Notes: a model not told the origin generated them from the sequence alone. Counted from the first letter of the stretch, positions 29,408 to 40,500 are shown. The stretch is 64,000 nt of DNA from Candidatus Terrybacteria bacterium RIFCSPHIGHO2_01_FULL_48_17 (GCA_001822835.1 MHSS01000013.1:10321-74320); one strand, 5' to 3'. Made by a program: numbers and translations.

Positions 29408-29520
29408 CAACAACATTGGAGCAAGGCCATGTGAACGTATTGGCAAAATAATAACGGATCGCTGGGCGATCCGTTATTCCTTTTCAGGGTATGAGAAATG
29501 GGCGAAAATGAAAGGGCGTT

Positions 29521-30528
29521 ATGTTCTCCCCCCTTGTTTTTGTCGCAGCTCTTGCTATTTTCCCGGCCCTTTTTTGGTTTTGGTTTTATTTCGTCTATCT
29601 TGCACGAACCGAGAAAGGAATAAGGAAAATAGGGATGGGCCTTTTTGTCGCGGGGCTAATTACCTCGGCTGCCGCATATGTTATCGAGCGTGCGGGTTTT
29701 GATCTGCTTCCTTCTTTCGGTGGCATTGGGGAATCGCTTCTTTTTATTTTCCGCGGAGGAACCCCAAGGGAAACTTCCGATATTTTGTGGTTGGCGCTGT
29801 ATAGTTTTCTTTTTGTTGCCCTTGTCGAAGAAGGAGTAAAATATATCGGCATTCGTCTTTTCGTGTTTCCTTCTCTTAAAGTTGACCGCGTGGTCGATAT
29901 GATCCGGGGCGGTGTTGCGATCGGTCTTGGTTTCGCGACCGCAGAAAACATTCTCTATTTTTTCGGGGCATTGGAAGGCGGAGGATTAGGGGAGCTTGCG
30001 GAGGTATTTTTTCTACGTTTTGCGTTGTCCACCTTTGCGCATACTCTCTATTCGGCAATCATGGCATATTATCTTGGAATCGCGAAATTTCATGTTCTGT
30101 ACCGCGCGCAATTTTTACGGTCAGCTCTTTTGCTGCCCGTGATAGTGCACGGGATATTTAATTTTTTTATTATTTTGGGAATAAACGTTGTCTCGCTTTT
30201 GGCATTAGCCATTGTGTTTGTGGTGTTACTTGGATGGTTTTCTTCTCGCATAAATTTTCAGGCATTTTTGCCGGCAGCCGAGGCCAAAAGAGCATTGCTT
30301 CCTCTTTTTCCGAATCGTAAAGAGTTTGAGGCATTCGTTTCTCATGAGAGAGTAACGTATGAGGTTATTCGAAAACTTGGGTTTTGCCCGTTTTGTCTGG
30401 CAAAAAAAGAATTTGCCGATCAGGAAACGTGTAAAAATTGCAATGCCAGGTTGCGACCCCCAAAAAGTACTAAACCAGAATTAATTTCAAAAAAAATTGA
30501 GGTATCGCCCGCCGATGTAGGAGAGTAA
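29521..30528 (+). CDS. PrsW-family intramembrane metalloprotease with C-terminal zinc ribbon
   Basis: LVEEGVKY (EExxK), FATAENILY, FAHTLYSAIMAYY (HxxxB) motifs of PrsW/CPBP-type proteases. C-terminal CPFC...CKNC. Confidence 0.7.
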   Translation: MFSPLVFVAALAIFPALFWFWFYFVYLARTEKGIRKIGMGLFVAGLITSAAAYVIERAGFDLLPSFGGIGESLLFIFRGGTPRETSDILWLALYSFLFVALVEEGVKYIGIRLFVFPSLKVDRVVDMIRGGVAIGLGFATAENILYFFGALEGGGLGELAEVFFLRFALSTFAHTLYSAIMAYYLGIAKFHVLYRAQFLRSALLLPVIVHGIFNFFIILGINVVSLLALAIVFVVLLGWFSSRINFQAFLPAAEAKRALLPLFPNRKEFEAFVSHERVTYEVIRKLGFCPFCLAKKEFADQETCKNCNARLRPPKSTKPELISKKIEVSPADVGE

Positions 30529-30556
30529 GCCGTTAAGCTAAAAGCATAAAATTCAA

Positions 30557-31540
30557 ATGCTAAAACATATTTTATCCCAATCAATTCTTGCGACGGTGGC
30601 GTATGCGGATGCGCTAAACATGCCGCTTACCGCAATGGAGGTATGGCGGGGATTGGTTGGGGTACAGGGCACAGGGTACAGGGGACAGGGAATAGAGAAT
30701 AGGGCAAAGAACGCTTCGAGTTTTTCAGAGATTTTCTTTATGCTCAAATTACTAAAAGAGCAAAAGAAAATCTCGGAGCAGCGCGGCTTTTATTTTTTGC
30801 CAGGGAAAGAGGATTTGGTTGCGGAGCGCTTGTGGCGCATGCGGGTGGCGGACGAAAAATGGAAAAAACTGATGGGTATTGTGCGGTGGTTGCGCGCGGT
30901 TCCTTTTTTGCGGGCGGTTTTTGTTACCGGTTCTTTGGCGTTAAATAACACGCGCGAAAATAGCGACTACGATATTTTTTTGGTAAGCGCTCCCGGCCGC
31001 ATTTTTACTGTACGGTTTTTTGTAACACTTATGTTAAAAATGTTTGGCATGTATCGTTCGGATGCATGTGTAGCGGATCACGTCTGTCCCAACCACTATG
31101 TTACCGAGCGAAGTTTAGCGATTCCGTTCCATTCGCTCTACACCGCCCATATTTTTGCAACATGCGTGCGCACATGGAGCGTTGACCAAGATATCAAGGA
31201 ACGGTTCATGCATGTAAATAACTGGATACATGACTATATACAAATAGCGCCAGAAATCCCTCGCGCAAATCGGCATACGCTTCCGGATATATGGGTTGCG
31301 AAAATAATACGCGGTATTGGCGAGGTTACGTTGGGCCCGCCCGTGGGCGGGGTATTGGAAGGGATGGCTCGCTTCCTCCAGCTTGTCAAAATCCGCGCAA
31401 ATCCCAAAACAAAGTATCCTGGCAGCGGACACGTGGTCGCAAACGATGAGATGTTGGCATTTCATCCAAGCTCACCCGAATTCGGGGTACTTGACAAATA
31501 TCATACTAATATGCTACAATATAAAACGTCAGTAGATTGA
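30557..31540 (+). CDS. Pol-beta-superfamily nucleotidyltransferase domain protein (hypothetical)
   Basis: GSLALNNTRENSDYDIFLV fits the hG[GS]-x10-DxD minimal NTase motif. An alternative start at ATG 30740 lies downstream of a GGGTACAGGG repeat tract. Confidence 0.55.
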   Translation: MLKHILSQSILATVAYADALNMPLTAMEVWRGLVGVQGTGYRGQGIENRAKNASSFSEIFFMLKLLKEQKKISEQRGFYFLPGKEDLVAERLWRMRVADEKWKKLMGIVRWLRAVPFLRAVFVTGSLALNNTRENSDYDIFLVSAPGRIFTVRFFVTLMLKMFGMYRSDACVADHVCPNHYVTERSLAIPFHSLYTAHIFATCVRTWSVDQDIKERFMHVNNWIHDYIQIAPEIPRANRHTLPDIWVAKIIRGIGEVTLGPPVGGVLEGMARFLQLVKIRANPKTKYPGSGHVVANDEMLAFHPSSPEFGVLDKYHTNMLQYKTSVD

Positions 31541-33340
31541 GAAAGAAGGAATCCAAAAGAGAGGCGAAAACGGCTGTGGCCTGCGAAGGGATGAGGGCTA
31601 CGGTTCCCACGGTCTATGTTTTGCGGAGCCTGCGATGCGCGGAAGGACGAGCGGGGTGGAATAGCTCGTTTCTGGGGCGCCATCCTATCGCAATCTCCGT
31701 CCCCAAGCCGCTGGGCCAAAGAGGAAGAGCCGCGCCTCTCAAGGGCGATGGGATTGCCTAACACAATCCTTCGCTTCTCTTTTGGGTTTCTTATAGAGCC
31801 CCCTTGACAATGATGGTCGAGTTGTGCTAAGAGGAGTATACGATTTTAAAGATTAAATTGAGGTTCCTTCGGTTCTCTCCCTGCATTTATCATTCATCAT
31901 TAAGAATTATCACAAGACGAATGCAGAGAGAGGGCCGGATGGGCTCTCTTCTGATGAAATCCAGACGGCTGATCACCGTCTGGTCGGGTCCCAACCGTTG
32001 TTGCGCCCAAAAGGGGCATGCCCCGCCATCTTGCGGGGAGGAGCTATCCAAATCGCCCCTCGTCGGGTTTGCCTGGCGAGTATAAGCGAAGAGGAAGAGT
32101 TCTGCGGCAGCGGGGAGGCTGTGCCCGTTTATCGCCCTGTTGGCGATGGCGGGATCCCGCCCCGACGCTCTTGGGGACGCTCAAGAGAAGAAGGGGAAAT
32201 GCCTGATTGATCTGTCAAACAGTGGGGGCAAGCCGGACTTTCTTTCTGTCCCCCCTAAAGCAGCAGGGAGCGCAAGCGCTTGTGCGCAACGCTCGTCACG
32301 GCCCGGCGGTGGTCGAGAAGTTCTCTGCTGCAATTTAAGCACCTTTTCAAAAGAACGGATCCGAGGGAAACGATAACCTCGGAGCCCTCTCCCTGAACCA
32401 GTTTCATTTTCTGAACTCTGTACCCTGATGTCTGTACCCTGTTAACTGATTCAGAGAGAGGGACGCCCGTCTCTGCCGGTCTGGCTGGCACGTGTGGTGC
32501 CGGAAATGCTGGCTCCCGCCCGGCTCGATTGGAGCCGAGGGGCCTCTACGGGCGACCTCGCGCGATGGCGGCTAACCCGAGCCCTTTCCCGGGGCAAGCC
32601 CCGTCCGCGGCGGGGTGTGCAGGTTTCGGGCGATGCCGCAAAAAAGGTAGAATCATCTGAGGAGCGTGGAACCATTAAGGTTCCCGGGAAACTTGTGGGA
32701 AAGCGCTCCTCGGCCGGTCATAGTTCTTTGTTAGGGGATAAGCCCATTCGAGCCGATAAGTTCGGCTCTCCCTCCCTACATTTTTTTTCGAAAGCTTACG
32801 TGAAGAGCAGAAAGCGCCAACTATCTTTTTTTAACGCTTCTCTCTTATCACTTATTACTTTAAAGAATGTAGAGAGGGGGAGGATCTCTTTGCCGCAAGC
32901 TTCGGCGGAGAGGGTAGGGCCCGGGAATTCCTGCCCGAGTGCTACGAAAACGGCGCTCGAAAGCCTCGACCCCGCTTAATGAGGGTCGCTCCAGGGGGCT
33001 GCACAAACGCGGTCACTAAGTGCGGCGGTCAGTTACCGTCGCCGGAGCGGTCCAGCTCTTATTGCCGGAGCATCATAATCTCCGGCACCCCTCTCTGCAT
33101 TTATCATTCTTCATTTGTCATTGATAAATACAGAGAGGGGTTCTCACAACCCCATATTTTTACCCAGGGTCCGCCTGTAAAAAGGTGGCAAATGCCTAAA
33201 GGGCCCTAATGGTGTTTATACGCCCCGGTGTTGGCTCCAAGAGTCGATGCCGGGTCTTTCTTTATATACGAACTATGGGGGTCCGACCCCCATAGTATTT
33301 TTAGAAAAGCCTGCCGAAGAGTTTATCTGGGCTGGCTGAA
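31541..33340. other. 1.8-kb ORF-poor, GC-rich non-coding region with three related hairpins (CTCTCTG/CAGAGAG stems)
   Basis: No ORF over 161 aa on either strand, and none with recognisable motifs. Hairpins at 31866-31925, 32450-32474 and 33085-33137 (19-bp stem). Two hairpin loops begin CATTTATCATTC(A/T)TCATT. Confidence 0.4.
33274..33303 (+). terminator. Rho-independent terminator closing the ORF-poor region
   Basis: CTATGGGGGTCcgaCCCCCATAG tattttta. Confidence 0.55.
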
Positions 33341-33344
33341 GGGC

Positions 33345-33371
33345 TTGACAAGCCCTTTTGCTTTGTATAAA
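33345..33371 (+). promoter_or_regulatory. Sigma-70-type promoter for groES-groEL (TTGACA-15/16-TATAAA)
   Basis: TTGACA at 33345-33350, TATAAAT at 33366-33372, immediately upstream of CIRCE. Confidence 0.5.
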
Positions 33372-33387
33372 TAGATAAGTGGCGGCA

Positions 33388-33414
33388 TTAGCAGTAAACA
33401 CGTCGGACTGCTAA
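33388..33414 (+). promoter_or_regulatory. CIRCE operator (HrcA binding site)
   Basis: TTAGCAGTA-N9-GACTGCTAA is the 9-9-9 CIRCE architecture (consensus TTAGCACTC-N9-GAGTGCTAA), 100 nt upstream of groES. Confidence 0.8.
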
Positions 33415-33515
33415 TGAGAGAAGCCGATACGCGCCGATAGCCACGCTGATTTACGCTTAAGCTTATATCCGCGCAAATCCGCGTTGCAATCCGTGTTAAT
33501 TCATTTCTACAAATT

Positions 33516-33803
33516 ATGATAAAAATTAAACCTCTCGGTGACCGCGTGGTATTGGAGGCGGTCACGGAAGAGCAAAAGACAAAGTCGGGCATTTATCTTC
33601 CCGATACTGCAGATAAGGAAAAGCCGGAGCAAGGGAAAGTTGTTGCCGTGGGTCCCGGTAAAATGGAAGAAGGCAAGCGCATCCCGCTTGAGGTGAAAGT
33701 CGGGGATACGGTGCTTTTCACGAAATACGGACCCAATGAGGTAAAGGTCGATAATAAAGAATACCTTATTGCAAGGGAAGAAGACATCTTAGCTGTATTA
33801 GAA

Positions 33804-33806
<3 letters not shown>
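33516..33806 (+). CDS. groES: Co-chaperonin GroES
   Basis: [14 protein letters not shown]...[24 protein letters not shown] 96 aa. Confidence 0.93.
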
Positions 33807-35568
<1,762 letters not shown>

Positions 35569-35608
35569 AACAGGGTTTAAGGTATAGATATCAGGGGACA
35601 GACACATG

Positions 35609-35641
35609 CCCCGGTGTACGCACACCGGGGCGCCCTCTTTT
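35609..35641 (+). terminator. Rho-independent terminator after groEL
   Basis: CCCCGGTGTacgcACACCGGGG cgccctctttt. Confidence 0.6.
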
Positions 35642-35649
35642 CCAATAGT

Positions 35650-36216
35650 ATGGTATACTATCTATATATGTTTACTATTTTTATCGTCGCTCTAGCGCTT
35701 TTGTTCTTTTTCGTCATATATCTTTATAATCGTTTGGTTGGTTTGCGGGTTCGTGTCAAGGAGGCATGGTCGGATATTGAGGTGCAGCTCAAACGCCGGC
35801 ATAACCTTATTCCTAATCTAGTCGAAACCGTAAAGGGATATGCAGGGCATGAAAAGGGCGTATTCGAGAAAGTCACCGAGGCGCGCGCAAAAGCACTTAA
35901 TGCGCAAACACCAAAAGAGCTGGGTGCGGCAGAAAATATGCTGACCGGGGCGCTCAAATCTCTGTTTGCGGTTGCAGAAGCATACCCAGACCTTAAAGCG
36001 TCATCTAATTTCGTTGAGTTGCAGCGCGAGTTGACGGATACCGAAGACAAAATCCAGGCAGCGCGGCGTTTTTATAATGCCAACGTGCGCGACTATAACA
36101 CCGCTATTGCCCTTTTCCCCGCAAACATGATGGCACAAATGTTTGGGTTTAAGGCGTCCGAATTTTTCGAAGTCGAGGAGGAAGAAGTGAGGTCAGTACC
36201 CGTAGTGAAATTCTAA
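35650..36216 (+). CDS. lemA: LemA family protein
   Basis: Single N-terminal TM then [44 protein letters not shown] ... [27 protein letters not shown]. Paired with htpX as is common. Confidence 0.8.
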   Translation: MVYYLYMFTIFIVALALLFFFVIYLYNRLVGLRVRVKEAWSDIEVQLKRRHNLIPNLVETVKGYAGHEKGVFEKVTEARAKALNAQTPKELGAAENMLTGALKSLFAVAEAYPDLKASSNFVELQRELTDTEDKIQAARRFYNANVRDYNTAIALFPANMMAQMFGFKASEFFEVEEEEVRSVPVVKF

Positions 36217-36221
36217 AAAGA

Positions 36222-36355
36222 TACAATCACCAAGATACAAGGCACAAACAAATTTCAATAATCAACCTTCAAGAAACAAACGGGGTTTCGGTTATTGGGA
36301 TTTGAGATTTGTTTGGTTATTGTCTCTTGTATCTTGTTTCTTGTGGCGACGCTTT
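36222..36355. repeat. Intergenic repeat family B (about 130 bp, CAAGATACAAG / CTTGTATCTTG inverted termini)
   Basis: aagatacaatcaccaagatacaagg...cacaaaca...ggttattg..tttgtttggttattgtctcttgtatcttgtt. Second copy at 56878-56990. Confidence 0.5.
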
Positions 36356-36396
36356 ACACCCATCGTTCTTCAAACATCACCAAAACATTCGTGCTG

Positions 36397-37236
36397 ATGT
36401 TTACGTTTATTGTACTACTTGGCGTAATCGGGGCTGCTTTTTCGGCGTACTTTGAAACGCCGACTATTTTTTATATGGTGCTCGCGTTTTCCGTGCTCAC
36501 CACCTTTTTCTCTTATTGGTTTTCCGATAGGGTGGTGATCGCGCTTTCGGGTGCCAAACCCATTCAAAAACAGGATGATCCGCCATTATGGCGCATGATC
36601 GAAAACCTATCGATTACCGCAGGCCTTCCGATGCCAAAAGTGTATGTGGTGGAGGATCCAAGCCCCAATGCTTTTGCAACCGGGAGGGATCCAAAACATT
36701 CTGTTATTGCGGTAACTACCGGTTTGCGCCGGATGTTGGACGAATCGGAGCTTGAGGGAGTATTGGCGCACGAGCTTTCGCATATTGGTAACCGCGACAT
36801 GCTTGTCGCAACCATTGCCGCGGTGCTCGCCGGAATCATTGTGACCATCGTGCATATTTTTGTCCGTATGACGTTACGGGGAGGGCTTGGAGGGAATCGA
36901 CGGGGAAATGCTGGCGCCATTGCCTTAGTTGGTCTTATCGCCGCTCTTATTCTGGGGCCACTTGCCGCAACTTTGTTGCGCCTTGCGATATCCCGCAGCC
37001 GCGAGTTTTTGGCAGATGCGTCGGGTGCATTGCTTACGCGTTATCCGGACGGTCTTGCGCGCGCATTGGAAAAAATTGGCAACGCGCGGATTCCCATGCG
37101 GCATCGTTCAGACGCCATTGCGCATCTTTGGCTTTCTGATCCCCAAATTGAGGAACGCAAAACCTCATGGTTTGCAAAAATGTTTATGACCCATCCACCC
37201 ATGGAGGAGCGTATCCGCGCCCTTCGTCAACAGTAA
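36397..37236 (+). CDS. htpX: Zinc metalloprotease HtpX (peptidase M48)
   Basis: HELSHIGNRD (HExxH) and a downstream E in ...FLADASGALLT. Four TM segments. Start placed at ATG 36397 because 36295-36355 is repeat family B sequence. Confidence 0.82.
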   Translation: MFTFIVLLGVIGAAFSAYFETPTIFYMVLAFSVLTTFFSYWFSDRVVIALSGAKPIQKQDDPPLWRMIENLSITAGLPMPKVYVVEDPSPNAFATGRDPKHSVIAVTTGLRRMLDESELEGVLAHELSHIGNRDMLVATIAAVLAGIIVTIVHIFVRMTLRGGLGGNRRGNAGAIALVGLIAALILGPLAATLLRLAISRSREFLADASGALLTRYPDGLARALEKIGNARIPMRHRSDAIAHLWLSDPQIEERKTSWFAKMFMTHPPMEERIRALRQQ

Positions 37237-37299
37237 TCTACTACCTTTAATCTATCGCAACCCGGTTGCGATAGATTGCCGTAGATTACCGGACTACTT

Positions 37300-38301
37300 A
37301 TGCCGCCGACCTTTTCTCAAAGTTCCGATCCGAATATACCCTACTCGTCTCCTGCGTCCCTGCCGGGGGTGCCTCCCGAGCCACCAAAACTGAAATCGTT
37401 TGGGGTGTTTTTTTCCGAGGCGCTTCGAGAAATAAAGGAAATATCTTATGTATTAGTTCCATTGGGGCTTTTACTTTTTTTGCTTCAGGCAGTGTTGCCC
37501 GCGTTTTTAGGGTTTTTGCCGCAAGCCATTGATGCAATTCTTTCGTTCCCTGTTGCGCTTGCAAGTTTTTTATTCTATTTCCTTGCACCAATCATAATTT
37601 TACAGACAATTGCACTAAACCAATCCGGCGGCCGTCTTGAATTTCGCGAGGCAATAAACAGGGGATTTGGCGTGCTCTTTCCATACGGCATTGTTCTTTT
37701 CATTGCAGGGATAATCCGCTTTGGTGCTTTTGTTCCTTTTATTATTCCCGGAATTATTGTTGCTGTTTTTTTGGCATTGGTTGAGCCGGCTGCCGCCATT
37801 GAGGGGAGGCGTGGGTTTGATGCGCTCGCGCGTTCCTGGGCGTTAGTGCGCGGATCTGGGTGGAGCGTTTTTGGACGTCTTTTGCTGCTCTGGCTTATAT
37901 TAATTGCGGTTGCGGTCTTACTCGTCCTGCCGGTATTTTTGGTGACTATTGGCTTGACCCTTTGGGGAGGATATCAGGCAACACAGGAATCTGGTGGCGT
38001 TATGGACGAAACCACGTTTTTTCAACAATTTGAAGGGCAATTGGCATTTCCGCAACTTATTTTTAACACGTGGGCTTCCGCAGTGGGCATTGCGGTGCTC
38101 TTTTTTACATTTGCATTCGATTTTGTTCTTTTCCGAAATCTTGTTGCAATAAAAGGCGACGTTGTGGATGTGAAGAAAGGAAAGTTTTATGCGCTTTTGG
38201 TGTGGGGCATTATTGCCGGAATCATTTTGGTGGCCTTATTTTTGCTTCTGATCGTATTCGCTATAATGCAAACAAGCAATCCTTCATTTTTTGCAAACTA
38301 A
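37300..38301 (+). CDS. Hypothetical polytopic membrane protein
   Basis: Pro-rich N-terminus then six or more TM helices. No motif recognised. Confidence 0.5.
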   Translation: MPPTFSQSSDPNIPYSSPASLPGVPPEPPKLKSFGVFFSEALREIKEISYVLVPLGLLLFLLQAVLPAFLGFLPQAIDAILSFPVALASFLFYFLAPIIILQTIALNQSGGRLEFREAINRGFGVLFPYGIVLFIAGIIRFGAFVPFIIPGIIVAVFLALVEPAAAIEGRRGFDALARSWALVRGSGWSVFGRLLLLWLILIAVAVLLVLPVFLVTIGLTLWGGYQATQESGGVMDETTFFQQFEGQLAFPQLIFNTWASAVGIAVLFFTFAFDFVLFRNLVAIKGDVVDVKKGKFYALLVWGIIAGIILVALFLLLIVFAIMQTSNPSFFAN

Positions 38302-38312
38302 TTTTATTTGTT

Positions 38313-39893
38313 ATGCAAACCTTACCACCAACGGTTCCGCCACCCCCAAGTGCGGAGCAACCACCAAGTATTGGTTCCTTCGAATCTTTTGGGGCAAGCA
38401 CCAGCGGGTCGCGAAAACAGATATTTTCAACGCCAACGCTTCTTAAGTTTGCAGTCGTACTGCTTGCGCTGTTGCTTTTGGGCGGCGGGGGACTCTACGC
38501 ATATTTTTCTCTTATTCGTCCTCCGGCCGATGTGTTAGAGCGCGTTATTACCAATTTCTCAAAACTAGAAACGTATCATTTTGATTTAACCTTATCGGGC
38601 AACGTTAATGAGAGTACCTCGTCGGCAATTCCTTTGTTTAGGTTTATGGCTTCTGCCTTGCCATTGGGTCGATCGTTTAATCCTACAGCAGCCCAATTTT
38701 CCGAAGGTATACCATTTGAAGAACAACCGGAGCGTGAACAATTTAATCTTCCTGATTCGGAGACGACTATGGTTCCCGCATTTGCCGGCGCTTTGACATT
38801 TCAGATTGGCGGGGATGTGCGTACAACCAAAGGAAATGAAGCTATCGCGATTGTACCTTCAATTGAGTTTGGGGACGCGACCGCAAAATTGAACGCGGGT
38901 GGACAGCTTCGGGTTTTCGCGCCCTCAAAAAAACTTTTCGTAAAAATTGATCGACTGGAAGGTTTGGGAGAGTTGTTTGAGCTGCCGCCAGACATTCAGG
39001 GTCAGTGGCTTGTGGCTGATGAATCAACGCTTGAACAAATGGGCATTGATCTTGAGGAATTGACGAAAAAGCTTGAGCAACAAGAAGAGCAGCCTACGTC
39101 CGAAGATCAGGAACTTGAGCAGGATTTAGAACGTGCTTTTGCAAACTCATTTACGTTAACATATGAGGGAACCCAAGAATTAAATGGACAAAGCGCATTC
39201 CATTACAAGACCGCGTTTGATTTTGCAGCGTTTAAGACCGAAATACTTACCCTACGCGAGAAATATAAAAATCGGCTCGACGAGCCAACCCTTAGTTTTT
39301 TGAAAGACCTGACCCCTGAATCGTTAGATGAGTTTGGTAGGGTATTGAAGCGCATGGAGGGCGAAGCGTGGATTTTGAAACAAAAACTCCTTCCGTTGAA
39401 AGCAACGTTTGTAATCGAGCTTGCCGATGACAACCTTGGCCAAACTGCTGCCTTGAATCTTGAGCTTTCGTTCTCAAAATTTGATGAAGAGATTGTCATT
39501 GAAGAACCGCAAGGAGCAAGAAATCTGATGGATTTGATGGGGCCGCTTACCGGCTCTCAAAATCTGGATGCCCCAATGCCTTTTGGGGAAGCGAGCGAAA
39601 AGGATCGGCAAAGAAGCAGAGATCTCACATATGCCATGGTTGCTCTTTTGCTTTACCAAAATACTAGCGGTTCTTTTCCTTCAACACAAAACGAGCTGAA
39701 TCGGGGATTGCCGTGCGCGGAGCTAGCGCTTACGGAGTGCCCGCAAGATCCCACAGGCCCGCCCGCATTTTACGGATATCGTTCGGATGGCGAGACCTTC
39801 GAGCTCACTGCGATCCTCGATGATCCCGAATGCGATCTCGGTGGCGCTGTACGCGAGGATGCCTTGTGTGTTTTCCGCGTGAAAGGCCCTTAA
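38313..39893 (+). CDS. Hypothetical membrane-anchored extracytoplasmic protein with Cys-containing C-terminal domain
   Basis: Start at ATG 38313 (MQTLPPTVPPPP...). The 38070 extension overlaps the previous gene. Signal-anchor, then about 450-aa domain. The C-terminus has four Cys. Confidence 0.5.
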   Translation: MQTLPPTVPPPPSAEQPPSIGSFESFGASTSGSRKQIFSTPTLLKFAVVLLALLLLGGGGLYAYFSLIRPPADVLERVITNFSKLETYHFDLTLSGNVNESTSSAIPLFRFMASALPLGRSFNPTAAQFSEGIPFEEQPEREQFNLPDSETTMVPAFAGALTFQIGGDVRTTKGNEAIAIVPSIEFGDATAKLNAGGQLRVFAPSKKLFVKIDRLEGLGELFELPPDIQGQWLVADESTLEQMGIDLEELTKKLEQQEEQPTSEDQELEQDLERAFANSFTLTYEGTQELNGQSAFHYKTAFDFAAFKTEILTLREKYKNRLDEPTLSFLKDLTPESLDEFGRVLKRMEGEAWILKQKLLPLKATFVIELADDNLGQTAALNLELSFSKFDEEIVIEEPQGARNLMDLMGPLTGSQNLDAPMPFGEASEKDRQRSRDLTYAMVALLLYQNTSGSFPSTQNELNRGLPCAELALTECPQDPTGPPAFYGYRSDGETFELTAILDDPECDLGGAVREDALCVFRVKGP

Positions 39894-39898
39894 GAGAT

Positions 39899-40429
39899 AT
39901 GAAATGCCCCTCTTGTAAATCACAACTGGAAACCATTGATTTCAAAAGCGTGAAAGTGGAGCGCTGCCCTTCGTGCGGCGGACTGTGGTTTGACGATCAC
40001 GAACTGCATAAGGCCCAACGAACAGAGGATCCGTTTTTGGGATTTTTGCATGTGGATCCGTGGGAAAATCCAGACAAATTTAAGCTTGCGCCGGGAAGCC
40101 GCGTATGCCCGAAAGATCAATTGCCGCTTTATCGTGCAACGTACGACGGGTCTGACATTACTGTGGATGTGTGCCAAGACGAACATGGCATGTGGCTTGA
40201 TCAGGACGATTGGCGTGCCATTCTTGATTGGGCGCACGCGCATCTGGCGCAGGATTCATTTGGGGGCTACCTGAAACATCTTGGCGAAGAGTTTGCCGAG
40301 GTGTTTTCCGGCCACGGAACCCCAGCTCAGGAAGCAAAAGACATTTGGGTGGTAACGAAACTGATATCGTATAAATTTCTTTCCAAAGCCCCGATACTTG
40401 GACGGATGATTTCGCAACTTCCGACATAA
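39899..40429 (+). CDS. Zinc-ribbon domain protein (hypothetical)
   Basis: MKCPSCKSQLETIDFKSVKVERCPSCGGLWFD: CPxC-x15-CPxCGG zinc ribbon at the N-terminus. Confidence 0.5.
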   Translation: MKCPSCKSQLETIDFKSVKVERCPSCGGLWFDDHELHKAQRTEDPFLGFLHVDPWENPDKFKLAPGSRVCPKDQLPLYRATYDGSDITVDVCQDEHGMWLDQDDWRAILDWAHAHLAQDSFGGYLKHLGEEFAEVFSGHGTPAQEAKDIWVVTKLISYKFLSKAPILGRMISQLPT

Positions 40430-40472
40430 CGAGAAGATGGGAGAGAGAAGATGGAATGTGGGAAAGCGCGCC

Positions 40473-40500
40473 TTGCGAAGGCGCGTGCGTTCATTATAAT
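40473..40500 (+). promoter_or_regulatory. Candidate promoter for tRNA-Ser (TTGCGA-16-TATAAT)
   Basis: TTGCGA 40473-40478, TATAAT 40495-40500. The -35 is embedded in a GCGCGCC..GGCGCGtGC hairpin. Confidence 0.35.

Noticed and set aside
32870-33000. Possible tmRNA: an ORF ending ...ALESLDPA followed by two stops resembled a tag-peptide reading frame
   Set aside because: No tRNA-like domain nearby (no T-loop TTCGA / CCACCA 3' end). The tag does not end in the usual LAA/VAA. Judged a coincidence.
33274-33296. TCCGACCCCC inside the terminator hairpin matches 10 nt of the tRNA-Asn 3' direct repeat
   Set aside because: Only 10 of 17 nt match, and they form one arm of a perfect terminator palindrome (GGGGGTCCGACCCCC). 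Most likely chance.
35614-35649. ORF-track start of lemA at 35614
   Set aside because: That stretch is the 3' half of the groEL terminator hairpin. The start was moved to ATG 35650.
38070-38312. N-terminal 81-codon extension of the 38313 gene in the ORF track
   Set aside because: It overlaps the 3' end of the upstream membrane protein in another frame and is Cys/Arg-rich. The ATG at 38313 sits right after that gene's stop.
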